Assembly (NCBI GenBank): GCA_965113315.1
Contig: OZ220365.1
Origin: Podarcis vaucheri
Taxonomy: Eukaryota
DNA length: 64,000 bases
Reading direction: 5' to 3' (one strand)
Position numbers and translations under genes: made by a program. Position 1 is the first letter of the stretch. The number at the start of each line of letters is the position of its first letter. Below the pieces are notes generated by a model. That model worked only from the letters and a program-made list of their open reading frames with translations, searched no databases and was not told where the DNA came from. Shown in pieces: positions 25,557 through 38,772 of this stretch.

Positions 25557-28500
25557 CTCACGACGCAGATGAAAACGCAATATTGCAAACCTAATCTGGA
25601 TAGTCAGTAAAGGCTGAGGCAGTACGAATTCATGTTTTGAAGCTTTGTTTATGCACATTTCAGTGCTATGCAGCAACATTACAAACCACAGAATAAAATG
25701 TCAAGCAGAAAACAAGATATTAACTCGGGAGACCTCAGACCTGAGGTTTCGTTATGCCACAGCCTGTAATGAAATAGCAGAAGGAGAGCCATAATAGAAG
25801 ACAGAAAGGGATGAGGGGAAGGCCCAGAGTAAGAAATCTATACTAGCTACATTAACAAATGCCTAATTGCTTTATTTAACAGGAGCTTCAGAGCCTGCTT
25901 GTAGTACTGGAACTTGCTCCAGACATTGCCAGGTTCCTAGAGTGATGTGGGCGATACTTTGACTATCCTGCCCAGTCGCAAACCAACCAGCCTAAGCTCC
26001 GAGTCTAGTTGGAGGCTTTTCCTTCTGTAGCAGAATGAGAATTGGATTGAACACAGATTGTTCATATTTCTGAAATCCCATTTGACCTGAGCATCCTGCT
26101 CTGTAAACTCTTTAGAAGAAATAAATAAACAAATAAAACAGAAGCCTATTTTGGCATTAAATGGCATATAGATAACATAAATATGGTATCTTCGCTTTTA
26201 CTGCATGAGGCAGAGAGGAACAGACCTTTGAAATGCTAACTGGTGAGACATCAAGCATCTGTTGACTCACTAAGAGAACGGCATCTTATTATTGTGCCTT
26301 TATGAATATAGGCTTGAAACTGCTGTATGTCTGAGATGCTTACAAAAGCAACTGCAGGCAATCCTTGTTTCGCATGGGGGTTCCGTTCCGGATCCCCACG
26401 CGCACCAATGGAGTATATTTAATCCTGCTGTGCCCCCACTCTATCCCTGCTCCACCCCTTCTACCTCTGACCCATTTTGTCCCTTTTCATGATGTATTTA
26501 TGGCATTTGGGGGCTACTTTCAGCTTCAGTACCATCACTGGGATGCGCGTAAATTGGGAGTTGCCTGTATGCAGCTTCCACTCTGGAAACAGCAACTCAT
26601 AAGCATAGCTTTGTGGAACACCTAACCTAGCCAACGTGATGTTCACATCATACACTTACAGAGCTATGATAACACTTTAAAACAAACAATATCTCTTCAA
26701 TGTGAACTCTGCAGCTCTGTGAGAGGAATACTGGTCTCCTAACAGTTCTCAGTACCCTTAGCAAACTACAGCTCCCAAGACAGACAAACATTTAACTTTT
26801 CTAAAGATATATATCAACAGTTGTCTTTATCAACGTGGGCCTTGATAGATCAGAGGTAGACCTTCCATTGAGACTCCTCAAAACAGCATGCATCTCCTTC
26901 TTGATCAGTGTAGTCACACATTGCAGAAAGCATTAGGAAAACCATCTTGTTGATTCCAGGTGTGTTCCACGGAAGTCACGAGCTGCTTCACAAAGCGGCG
27001 TGCAATGTGGAAAAAAGGGGATGTCAAAACAAGAAGTTTCCAACAATGCTCTGTCAAACTCCCTATCCTCCTTTCTGTACATCTCTGTACAAGACAATAT
27101 GGCTTGAGTGCTGCCTGCCTGGATCACACCATCACTGACATATTTTTTTAAAACACACACACATTATTTTAAGGAAATGGAAAATAGATTAAGCTATGGG
27201 TGATATGACAAAGTGGTGCCATAAATGGACTGTTTCAGTTCATGTAAACATGCGAAACTTCCTGGCACATGTAGGGGAAGGCATTGCAAACCTTTTCTAG
27301 CTGCATATTATGTGTGATGCATGAAGACTGATTGTGTACTGGATTGGGTGATGTTCCACCATTGTTGATTTGTGCCTTCTGAACATGGGTAATATGTTGC
27401 TCAAAGCAAATAATGCTGGATGTCTTATAGCAGAGCTTCCATGGATGCTATAGGAAGTGACACCATGTTAGCTGCTGTGCTGTTGTTGCTGCTGTCGATG
27501 TTATCAGTACTAGCCTTAGTGTAGCTGCCACCAGATCTGAGAGAACCAGAGGACCATTCTACCCATAAATGACTTTCCCTTTGCTTTTGCCTCCACCCCC
27601 ATATCTATCAGGAAAGGCTGAATGTTAGCATTGAGCAGCTGTGGGCAGAAGTGGAGTTAACCTCAAGTTAACTTACCCTTGTGTTACCTTTGCTGTAAAA
27701 ATTAGCAAAAGCATTGCTTTGAATTCCATTGAAGTATCTAGTGCTTAAATGTATGAGTATTACATTTGTCGGGAAGCTATAAATTCCTCAGATTGCACTG
27801 GAAAGTCATTGTCCAACTAACAGTTAATATTGCTGATTTGTCAGGCATCCTAGGTACCTACCTCATTATACCTCATTTTAAAAATCCATTTCCTTTAAAA
27901 CCCTGGATATAAAAAGCTATGCTAATTGAAAGCCTGACTTAGTATTGTTTGTAGGTTAATGTGGGACCATTCATAATGTTTGCCACACTTCTGAAGGCCT
28001 TTTGATTCTCCTCTATCTTCCTTTTGTCACAGTTTGCTGTATTTGAAGCAGCTATTCTCTCCCTTGTTACAGCTTTGCTACTCCGAGCCCCCTTGATGTG
28101 TGACATCCTTAATGGATTGCCCCTGTATGAATTTTTGCTTACCATCTAATGTTCAGAGGCACCTTCAGAACTCCATTATCTCTTTTAATTCCAGTCTTCC
28201 TTGTCAGTGAAAACATAAAGATGCATATATATGAGAGGCCACCATGTAGGCAATGAGTATTTTAATTAAATTGACTCCTTGGGTCACTCTTACTTAGGTC
28301 TACATGGTGTTAGGGAAGAATAAATCATAGCACCCCTTTAGAAAATATTATCAAGTCAGAACCTACGTGTAAGGTTATCTTGAGAAAGCATGTAGTAGTA
28401 AGTGAAAGATTGTGAACCTGAAATAAAATCCTGCTCAAGGGCACACGCACCATTGCTTCTAACGACAAAACAGACGTTTCAGATAGTGATGGGTGAACAT

Positions 28501-29874
28501 CAGAATGGACTCACTTCAAATGATTTTTAGGCCCAATTCAAATCAGTCGCCAAAATTATTTAAGTTCAGTCACAGTCCTAGCTAAGGTTCCACCAAACAC
28601 TCAGTGATGTTATTGGGAGTGCACAGGGGGCTCCAACTCTCACTGTCACTCCCCTTTCCTTTTACCTTTAGTGACGTTCCTGGATGTTCCTGATGTTCAT
28701 GGAAACTACATTTCCTATAGTTCCTGGCAGACTTAGATGCTGATGTTGCAGTTTCCAGCATATAACAGAAATTTCAAAACAAGCCTTTCTAATTGCCAGA
28801 TAAGCAGCACCAATAGCAAGGAGGACTTGCAGTGGGGTGAGCACATTATAAACCAATTCTTAAACCAAAAGCTGTCTGGACCCAATAATGGGCTAGTGAG
28901 GTGGAGGCAGAGGGACAAATTCAGCACTGTCTGCAGATTGTCGTAGATACTCATGGCACAAGGTGTCCATGCCCTCTGCTGAAGCTCCTTTCCTGCTCCA
29001 TCAGGCTGAAGGGACATAGCCTGAGTAAGCTGCTTTACATGCCCTCGAGTTATGCCAGGAAATGGGAGCTTGCCCCCAAGATTTCTTCAGTGGTGCAAGG
29101 TTCTTCCAGACAAGCTCCCATTTCCAGAAGGAAGGGGTGTTTCATGTGAGCAAAAGAGTGACTCTTCCACATTCCTTTTAGTCTCATCAGTGCAAAGCAA
29201 TCCAAAGAACTTCTGGCGTTGATTTAACTTTATCTTCAGATGCTTCTGACTTCATAAACTATTCAGACTTGAAATATGAGGATGAAGGCATGTCATTAAA
29301 GGATGCCAGGGAGGGTGACACTGGAATGCAGGATAAGGAATTTCCCAAGGATTCATATCCGAATCTGGTTATGTTCATAACTTTGCTGAGGAACTAGATT
29401 TTAAACACATTTCTAGAACCCTGCATCATGTTGACCTTCATGAATAACACAAAAGAATCATTGCAACCAATTAATAAACCTGCCTCCTGGTAGTATATGT
29501 GCTCTTGTGGTGTTGTGAAAAATGCAACCTGAATTCTTAGTGGACTTTCCTCATTAGAATTTATGGACAGGCTTCTTCTTTTTTTTACAGTTGGTTCAAT
29601 CCATCCCACATAGGCTTATTCAGTGAAACATTATTCTATGTATGTTTGCGCAGAGGTAAATCCTACTACATTTAGTTGGACTCCTCTAAAAAAAATCTAC
29701 GTAAGATTGCAGCCTTAAACTGCTGAGAAGGTCCTCTTCTTGGTTCCCTGCAGTTTCACTTCTCACAGTGAGGGAACCGCCAGAAGGCCCTCGGCAGTGG
29801 AGCTCAGTGTATTTGTATAATACACATGCACAAAATATTTTGCAGTTCTTTCATAATACTGCTTTAAGCCAGAA

Positions 29875-29876
<2 letters not shown>

Positions 29877-29910
<34 letters not shown>
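29877..29910. repeat. (CT)n microsatellite
   Basis: Direct inspection. Confidence 0.96.
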
Positions 29911-29912
<2 letters not shown>

Positions 29913-30737
29913 TTACTGGTTGAGTACCAGTGATTTAAATCAATGAGGCTTATTTAACCTACAACTTTGTGTTTGCACTTAACAGCAGCCATAAATAAAC
30001 CACAAACAACGCTCTTCATGGTTATGCATGTCTTTAACTACGATTGCTTAACATACCATTATTTGGGTAAGGTAAAACCATGGGGCAACATATCCTGTAG
30101 TATTTCAGCTTTTTAGTATAAATCACATTATGTCACCTTGAATCATAGAACCAACAGGAGGCTGAAAATGGGGAGGTGGACATTCCTATGGAGTAGGTTA
30201 TTCATGGCTTTACCCCATTTTGCATTACAGGGCTTGGATTGGGACGTATATTTAAGATCTTTCAGAATCGTAAAATATAATGGATCAGTGTTTTAGGTAC
30301 TCTTCATTAATTTCCAGAGGAGCTCTCTGGTTAATTTTTCTGCCAAGAAAATAAAAATATGCTGAGAAATGTAATTTCTCTTTCTGTATAATCATACTTG
30401 ATGAAATGGACCTGTAACTATTAGATAAGAGTCATATAGAAAATCCTGTACTTGACTGATTCATGACTGCGGGTTTTGACCCTTTCTCTGCTCCAGATGG
30501 TATTGGACTTCTTCTTTTTTAAAAAGAGCAAGTTTCTGTAGATAAGGCTGCCATCAGGCCACTATTTTGTACATCTGTTTGTTCAAAATATTTCATTGCT
30601 TTATAGCAGGCTTCTGTTGGATGGATGACTTTTCAGGAGGACTGAACACTGGTGATAAGATGCATGCTCTACCACACTTAGGGGTAGTAAGCTAGCTTTA
30701 GGGGGCTCCAATGAAAATAGGGACCTTCTAGTCAGTT

Positions 30738-30900
30738 GTTGTTGTTGTACCTTGCCCATCTGACTGGGTTTCCTCAGCCACTCTGGGCAGCTTCCAACAG
30801 GTATAAAAAAACATGGAAAAAAATGAAACATTAAAAAAATCCCTATACAGGGCTGCCTACAGATGTCTTCTAAAGGTTGTATAGTCAATTATCTCCTTGG
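30738..30900 (-). mobile_element. L2-clade LINE 3' end fragment
   Basis: Homologous to 13690-13845. Confidence 0.75.
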
Positions 30901-31056
30901 CCCAGGGGCCACATAACTCCATACCCTCCAACATTTCTCTGATGAAAAGAGGGACGTCATAAGCGAAAATGGGAAATTCCAGGATCAAATCAGGAACCAG
31001 AATGACTGCTATAAACCCAGGACTGTCCCTGGAAAATAGCGACCCTTGGTGGGTCT
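30900..31056 (-). mobile_element. DNA-transposon-like repeat; related copy at 43415-43700 (+)
   Basis: Shared gaccctccaagtgtc.ctattttccaggga.agtcctgg.ttta and ggaaggtatggggttat sequence. Confidence 0.6.
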
Positions 31057-32314
31057 TTGTGTGACATGCAGAGACCTATTCTCCAGCACCTCACTGCCAA
31101 TCCCTGAGCCACTTTGCCCAATGGTAGAGGTGAGTGTAAAGTCCAACAAATGATTCATGAACAAACATAGCCGTGTGGTCAGCGAGACTATTGCATTCTA
31201 CACGTTCTTAAGTGCATTGCTAAACAGGGCCTGAAATCAATAGCTTTCTTCAACTTGTTCTTTAAAGGAGCTCAGAGCATATTTCAGAAAACTTTGAGAA
31301 CCTCCGAGTTACAAAACCAGCACCTGATCAATACATCGTGAACTGCTTAATGAGAGTGGCTGAAGTCGGGGCCAGAAGATGAAGTTACTGAACAATAACT
31401 AATTAATCAACAGTGCAACCACTGGGGACAAAAATGCTAATTGAAGCAGAACTGAGACAAAGTTGTGATGAAATCACCCCGAAGTTAGACAGATCAACCA
31501 CTGTGACAAAATCAGTTTAAATAGAATCTGTCTCTCGTGTACCTGGGCATGATTCTTGTTATTAATTATGTATTGAACAATCCCTTCTCTCAGAAGTTGT
31601 CTGCCCAGCCACCACGGCGGAGAGTACAACTTCTAGAGAGCTAACATCTGCTCATTCACAATTCAAAGCACTTCATCAAATACTTATAGCAACAGCACCA
31701 TGATGAAAGAGGAACATGGGAAGACTACTGAGGGAGCCTGTGGAACTTCATATGCATAGATCCCACCGGTAATGTTGATCAGTTCAGCATCTCAGGATAT
31801 AGAACAGTACAGATTTTTTTATATATTAAAAAAATCATGCTCACAGCTGAACAAAAACATTGCAAACCAGAGCTTGGCAAAAATGCTGTTTAGTATATTA
31901 AGTCACACGCTGTTTAACATTTTTTATTATTATTTCATAACACTGATGCAAAGTTTGATTGCAAGACGAAAACCTCACGCCAGTTTACAAAAAATAATAA
32001 AACAATAACATGATCAGTAAAAATGTAAAAACAACAATTTAAAAATAATTAAAGTGATTTAATTCTGAAAATGCACATCAACATTCTACATATCTAGGTA
32101 TGCTCATCTAAACAAAAAATGTACTAAAAGAGTACAGTGGAGACACCAGCCTGGTGTCAATAGTGCTATAATCAGAAATCATGCAAACAAAAAGCAGAGT
32201 TAGGATCAGATATTGTGGCTCTGGTAATTGCGACAGATAAATGAATTTGTACATAGAATGTGGTGATTCTAACCTGATTTGAGCTTTGTGCCTCTTATAT
32301 CAAATACTCACTTA

Positions 32315-32390
32315 CAGAATCATAGAATTGTAGAGTTGGAAGGGACCTTGAGAGTCATCTAGTGTAACACCCAGAAATGCAAGAATTTCA
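32315..32390 (-). mobile_element. CR1 LINE 3' tail
   Basis: agaatcatagaattgtagagttggaagggacc...gtcatctagt. Confidence 0.8.
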
Positions 32391-32502
32391 GCTAAAGTGA
32401 ACAGTTCGAGCTGCTTGTGCAGCTGGGTGTGTGTGTTTAAGGTTGGCTAATTAAATGCAAAATTATGTATATGTACAATATATAAAAAGAGTCAAGATGT
32501 AT

Positions 32503-33648
32503 TTTTTAAAAATAATTTTTATTAACAGGCCAATCAAATCACATTAATTCCAAATCACATTAGTTCCAAATTATACAGCCAAATTTTTGAAATTTTGTTG
32601 GGGGTAGCCATACTTCGAGCTCCGAAAGGGATCCAAACATCACTCTTGCTGCTGCTTTAATTACACAGTTCTGTCCGGTTCTGTCCAGATAGTCTCTTTG
32701 TTATTTTCCTCATCTTCTTGTTGTTAACATATATTCCTTTCTTTGTGATCTCTGATAATCTTCACAAGCGGGTTGAAAACAAACATATCCTGTGTGGATT
32801 TTACGCTCTCCAAGAGCCATATCACATAAAGGGCAGGCGCCATTTCCACACCTCCGTAAAGAACATTCCCACAGTCTGTCCGTTGATCTCCACAGGCCTG
32901 TTAATCTGTGTATCAGGGGGCCCTGCCAGGTCAAATCCACATTCCGATAACCAGACATTCACATTCCGGTGACCCTGGTCCTCCTCCTCCTCGTCCTCCT
33001 GTGGGCAGGCCTGTCTTAACGAATCTCCATTTGTAACTGCGTCACAAAGCTTTCTTTCCATTCCCAATGATTCCCACCAGTCCTCTCTTTGATCAGTAAT
33101 TCATTTCCACACAGTTCTTAATCTCCTGCTTGTGATTAGTAATTTGCAACAAATTTTTCTCTCTGGGGGGAGGATTATTGGGTACTCACATAAGACAAAA
33201 AAAGAAAAGATTTTTCCTCCCCCCCTTTCCGTTTCGCTCCGACATACCGATCTTTTAATGATGAGTCTTCACTTAATTTATTGTCCAGCCCGTCGCTCCG
33301 CATCACAGAGATCCCATTAATCAGCAGTCTTTACTCCCGATCTTCACTTGAAGTATGTGCATTTGCTTCTTTTTCCAAGTATATATTTCGAGCTGATGCA
33401 AACCAGTGCGCGATCAGAGACAGCGTCCGGGAGAGCCAACCCCACCCGAGGGCTTCGTGCCTAGTGCCCTCACCCCCTTCTTTTTAATCCGGGGGTGAAT
33501 TATGGGCACAGCAGGCAAGGCAGTGCCCCCATTCCCTTGGGGGGCAAGGGAGGCTGCATACTCCCATATCAGCCTCTTAATTACCTCGTGTGGGTCAGAG
33601 AGATGTTATTGTCGGCCATCTTCCAATACGCCCCCTGGTGGCCCCCCC
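32503..33648 (-). mobile_element. Full-length (1146 bp) non-autonomous L1-type retroposon
   Basis: 18-bp TSD aaaagagtcaagatgtat (32485-32502 and 33649-33666); 5' G-run, L1-like GGAAGATGGCCGA start, CpG-rich 5' part, A-rich 3' tail; no endonuclease or RT. Confidence 0.85.
33613..33643 (-). promoter_or_regulatory. CTCF motif (GGCCACCAGGGGGCG, 33643-33629) followed by a YY1 motif (AAGATGGCCG, 33622-33613)
   Basis: Direct match to the well-known CTCF core consensus and to the L1-type YY1 site; binding not shown. Confidence 0.65.
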
Positions 33649-33934
33649 AAAAGAGTCAAGATGTATGCCGTAATATGAGTTGTATCCAACAAAACTGTCC
33701 CATTTGCACAAGGACATCTGTGTGTGCAGCAAAAAAAAAATCCCTCCTCCCCTTCCCTCCCCTCCCCTCCCCTCCCCTCCCCTTGCCCCATTGCCCTGTT
33801 CTTGGGTTTTCCTCAGTCCACTGGAGCAGATCTGGGGAGGATACAAGGGGAGTGCAGGGAGGGGAGGGGAGGAGAGGGGAGTTCTGCTGCTCAGGTGGAA
33901 GTCCGCTTTTTCAACATTTCTGCATATTTTATAT

Positions 33935-34510
33935 TTTTTAATGTTTTATTTGATTTTACATGTTCATTTGCAGTAATGATATTCTTGCAAATATTAAAAT
34001 TTTACACAAGATTCTTTCAAATCCTAGGACTTCCCTCCTCCCCTCCGTGGGTTCTTTCGGTAACTTTTCAACTGCATCTTATAAGTCCATCTAGTTTACA
34101 GTCTTCCATTATATCCAAAGTCTATGTATCATTGCAAGAGTTATTTAAAGCCTGCCAAAGAGTTCAAGGGTTTACAGTGGTCTTTTAAATACAATCTGTA
34201 TTTGTCCCATTCTCTGTTGAAGTTTTGATCCTCCTGATTTCCGATTTTCTTAGTTAATCTTGCCATCTCTGCATAGTCCTATAATTTCATCTGCCAGTCT
34301 GTCCTTGTAGGTATCTTATCATCTTTCCAGCTCTGGGCAAGCAGCACGCTTGCAGCCGTTGTAGAGTACATTTTCTGCATATTTTTAAAATACTTTGCTC
34401 ATAGTATTTTAATTTTTTAAAAATGAACTCTCTCTCCTGTAATCTTATGGAATTCCCTGCATTGGGTTTTACATAATTCCAGTTTTCCAACTTTTGATCC
34501 ACACTTCATT
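33935..34510 (-). mobile_element. L1 LINE 3' fragment (ORF2 C-terminus plus 3'UTR)
   Basis: Minus-strand peptide MYSTTAASVLLAQSWKDDKIPTRTDWQMKL*DYAEMARL..IGNQEDQNFNREWDKY; A-rich tail. Confidence 0.8.
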
Positions 34511-35237
34511 CCTGTCTGCTTTAGAGCAGCATAATGGAAGTCTCTCAAGCAGCTGCAGACTACCAGCGGGCCAGACTTGGACTGACTCCTTTTGATCCAT
34601 ATCGCCCTCTCATCTCCACTCCCCAAAGCTTCCTTTGCTGCATGTCTGTGAACCAGACTGGTCCGAAGTAATTGCGGGACATGGTTGCACTTTTTGAACC
34701 TTGAAAGATTCTTCTGTGGGCAAGGGAGTTTAGTGCAGAATAAAAAGAAAATAGGATGTACTAAGTTCATAACAGCACAATTGTCTGCTGATAACCTGAG
34801 GTGATCTGAGAACAAAGGAGGTGGTCTGGGTTGGCAGCTTTGATTCAATTACAAATCGCCTGGTTGCAACACAACATTGATGGCCCGTGTCTCAAAATAC
34901 AAAGGCCGAAATGAAATGACACTAGAAAACACAACAGCACTTGGATATTTGCTTCTCAGCTGAGGCCCACAGAACACTTGTAAGTCACAGGAAAGGAAGA
35001 AAAGGAAATGTAGCAGAGTGCAGGTTCTTTGAAATCTATCTGGCACCAGTGAAATGTGGCAACATACTGGTATATTTTCTCCTAGCAGAAATGGGGAAGG
35101 AGTGCACCCTTTCACAGGGTTTTCTTCACACAGGAACCAACCATTCTCTGGTCAAATAAGTACACACCAGTCATAGCAATCTCACTAAAGAAATTAGCAG
35201 ATCAGTATGTTAGTGGTTCAAGACCTATATGCATAGA

Positions 35238-35602
35238 GGTGGATACAAAGATGTCCTTTGTATACCTGAAGGAGCATCTCCACCCCCATTGTTCAGCCTG
35301 GTCACTGAGGTCCAGCTCTGAGGGCCTTCTGGCATTTCCTTTCCTGCGAAAAGTGAGGTTACAGGGAACCAGGCAGAGGGCCTTCTCAGTAGTGGCGCCT
35401 GCCCTGTGGAATGCCCTCCCGTCAGATGTCAAGGAAATAAACAGCTATCTGACTTTTAGAAGACTACTGAAGGCAGCCTTGTTAAGGGAAGCTTTTGATG
35501 TTTGATGTTTTATCATGTTTTAATATTCTGTTGGGAGCTGCCCAGGGTGGCTGGGGAATGAGCAGGGGATTTAAACCCTGGGGATGAGCAGGGTTTAAAT
35601 AA

Positions 35603-35605
<3 letters not shown>
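35238..35605 (+). mobile_element. L2-clade LINE 3' fragment followed by (ATT)n (35603-35661)
   Basis: YLKEHL...LRSSSEGLL...RQRAFSVVAPALWNALPSDVKEINSYLTFRRLLKAALLREAF. Confidence 0.9.
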
Positions 35606-35662
<57 letters not shown>

Positions 35663-35966
35663 TCAAACACTCTCTATATATTTTTGGATTCCCTACCAGG
35701 ACAGACTTTGCTCATGTACCCAAGACATCGATTGTATAAAACATATTTTGCTGCACTGTGTGAAATACGAGCAAGCCAGGGCTGAACTGATATTACCCTT
35801 GTTGGTACCTTTCCCCGGAAAATCAGAGACTCACTATGTCAGGTTCCTATTGTAAGACCAGACAAATACCAGAACATTAGCACTGGTGAAGTTTTTATGA
35901 GTGGTTGCAAGAACCAATGATCCCTAACTTTAAGTCTGAACAAAATGCTTGTTTAACCTGGAGGTA

Positions 35967-36317
35967 AAGGTAAAAGGACCCCTGACCATTAGGTCCAGTC
36001 GTGGCCGACTCTGGGGTTGCTGCACTCATCTTGCTTTACTGGCCGAGGGAGCCGGCGTACAGCTTCCGGCTCATGTGGCCAGCATGACTAAGCCACTTCT
36101 GGCGAACCAGAGCAGCACACGGAAACGCCATTTACCTTCCCGCCAGAGGGGTACCTATTTATCTACTTGCACTTAGACGTGCTTTCGAACTGCTAGGTTG
36201 GCAGGAGCAGGGGCCGAGCAACAGGAGCCCACCCCGTTGTGGGGATTCGAACCGCCGACCTTCTGATTGGCAAGTCCTAAGCTCTGTGGTTTAACCCACA
36301 GCGCCACCCGAGTCCCA
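35967..36317 (-). mobile_element. Sauria SINE, full length
   Basis: TSD taacctggaggta at 35954-35966 and 36318-36330. Confidence 0.94.
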
Positions 36318-38294
36318 TAACCTGGAGGTAGGCTGTCTGAATTGTGCATTGCTTTGTTGGGTAATCATAATAAAGATTGATTGATATATTTTTGGAAGGG
36401 CTCCTCTGATGAGCGGAAGAGGTATGGAACTGGCAAATACCTTTGCAAATGGAAATGGGGTTGGGGGTTGGAAGCAATCCCCTCTGCAGCACCCCATGCT
36501 ACTTTCCACAGCATTCTAGAGATTAAGGGTCCCCAGTCCTCCAGATCATATTTTCTGAGGATGTAGGGGAACATAGGAAACTGTTTTAGAATGAGGTACA
36601 CCATTGGTCCATCTAACTCAGTACTTACTACACTAACTGGCAGTGTCTCTCTAGGGTTTCAAAGAGGAAATTTCCAGCCCTACTGCTGTTGAAACAGATA
36701 CTCAATACCTAAAACCCTCTTCTGACTGAGACAAAAATGAGCCCTGCCCCATTCATGGAACTCTGCATTCAGTTAAAATCCATGGAAAATAGACATTTTT
36801 AAAAAATAAAATTTAAAACAAATGTTTTAAAAATGTTTCTTTAAAACCTGATTTTATGGAGTCAGTTGTATATCTTTTTGAAGAGAATTCCCCAGACTAG
36901 GAGCCACCACCAAGAAGACTCTGACAAAAGGTTGGCTCCACACTTGGTGGATTCCTCATTTAGGACTACATTATGCCTGGATAGAGTATAGAAAATAAAA
37001 TGAGTGCTAACCTTATGCAGAAGATGAACCAATCTATATGACTTACATTAGACAGGCTGGAGGCAGAGAAGCGTCAGCTGGCTGATTCTGCAATGTAAAC
37101 ATGGCCAAAATGATGATAAGAGAAAATTATCTTTATAACAGTAGTATGACTAGCAATCAGTGGTGCATTATGCTGTTTGTCAAGGATACAGATTGCATTT
37201 TGCTGTTTTTGTTGTCACAGATATGCTAATGCCTCATTAATATGTTGCCTTTCCTTTTTTCCAAAGTGAAAACACATATGCTAAGCCCTGCAAATAAATG
37301 ACTCAGTTTCTGAAATGCTGCCCAACACAAAGGCTGCCTTCTCCATCTCCAAGTGGAATGTTTATTGTATTCAGATGAAGCGTACACACAAACATCTGTG
37401 ATTTCACATTATCCTAATCAAAAACAAATATTGGGATTACAAGAAATGTGCTAATAGGAATTGAGCAAAAATCTGGCAAAGTGCTTCCGCAGCATGTCTG
37501 CCATTTGTCACAATAATAGGCTGCTTGTGGCTGAAATATGGAGAAGATGTGTCATCCAGTTAAGCCAAGCAATCCTCTGGTCTCCACAAATCAGTGGCCA
37601 GTTTATGCTGGCATAAGACCAGTGTCACGTAGTCAGGACTCTTCTGAAAAGATGAGAAGCAAACAGAAGCAGTCAAAAACACAAGCATGGCAACTCTGCT
37701 ATCCACTACCTCAGCAGTGGCACAAACCAATCAGAGAGCAACGTGTTGATGATGCCCCCAACACTAGCCATGAATAAGGGGAGCCAATATATACCCCAAC
37801 GAAGCCTACACACACACACACACACACCAGTACATTCATAGTATATTCCAGAGCAGCAGCCATTGTAAGAAAAGAGTAAGAGACAGGAAACTGAAAGGCT
37901 GCAATTATCTTCGAACAACGAGCTTGGATACCACTTGCACAGAATCCCCATGGACTCAAACCACTCTTTCAACTTGTGAGCAAGGCTGCACCTGACCTGA
38001 CCTTACTTTGACATCACATGTGCCCTGGCATCTGCGCATACAGTGCAAACATCCTCAGAAAGGCAGCCTTTGTGCATTTTGCTGTTCACATGAAGGCTCC
38101 CTCCCTGAAATAAAATAAAATAAAAATGACTAATGGATGCCAAGGGATGGTACTAGTTGATTTGCATGGTGCTGGAGTGGGGCTAGTCAGGACTGCCTTG
38201 CTCCCAGCTCACAAACAGGCAGCACATGTGAGCTGTTCAAGCAAATAGGGATAGCGCAATTGCTGTAATAATAACTCTTTTGAATCACCAACAC

Positions 38295-38398
38295 CAGGCA
38301 TCCCCAAACTCGGCCCTCCAGATGTTTTTTGGGACTACAATTCCCATCATTCCTGACCACTGGTCCTGTTAGCTAGGGACGATGGGAGTTGTAGTCCA
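38295..38398. mobile_element. Truncated palindromic hAT-type MITE (family of 52169-52305)
   Basis: caggcatccccaaactcggccctccagatg...gactacaattcccatc / gatgggagttgtagtcc. Confidence 0.8.
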
Positions 38399-38534
38399 TT
38401 TTGCACCTGAGACAACCCCACACTAAGGTACTGTGCCTTAGGCAGGAATCATATTGAGCCTAGATGGTCTCTGGAGACTTGTCAATGAGCAAAGGAATAA
38501 CAACAACAATAAAGGGGCAACAATAAAGGGGCAA

Positions 38535-38772
38535 GAGAGCCAGTGTGGTGTAGTGGTTAAGAGCAGTAGTCTCGTAATCTGGGGAACCGGGTTCGCTTCC
38601 CCGCTCCTCCACATGCAGCTGCTGGGTGACCTTGGGCCAGTCACACTTCTTTGAAGTCTCTCAGCCCCACTCACCTCACAGAGTGTTTGTTGTGGGGAAG
38701 GAAGGGAAAGGAGAATGTTAGCCGCTTTGAGACTCCTTCAGGTAGTGATAAAGTGGGATATCAAATCCAAAA
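38535..38772 (+). mobile_element. tRNA-headed CORE/MIR-like squamate SINE
   Basis: Near-identical to the reverse complement of 20755-21002. Confidence 0.88.

Noticed and set aside
38535-38610. tRNA-like heads here and at about 20930-21002 and 39665-39730
   Set aside because: They are SINE heads continuing into SINE bodies, not tRNA genes.
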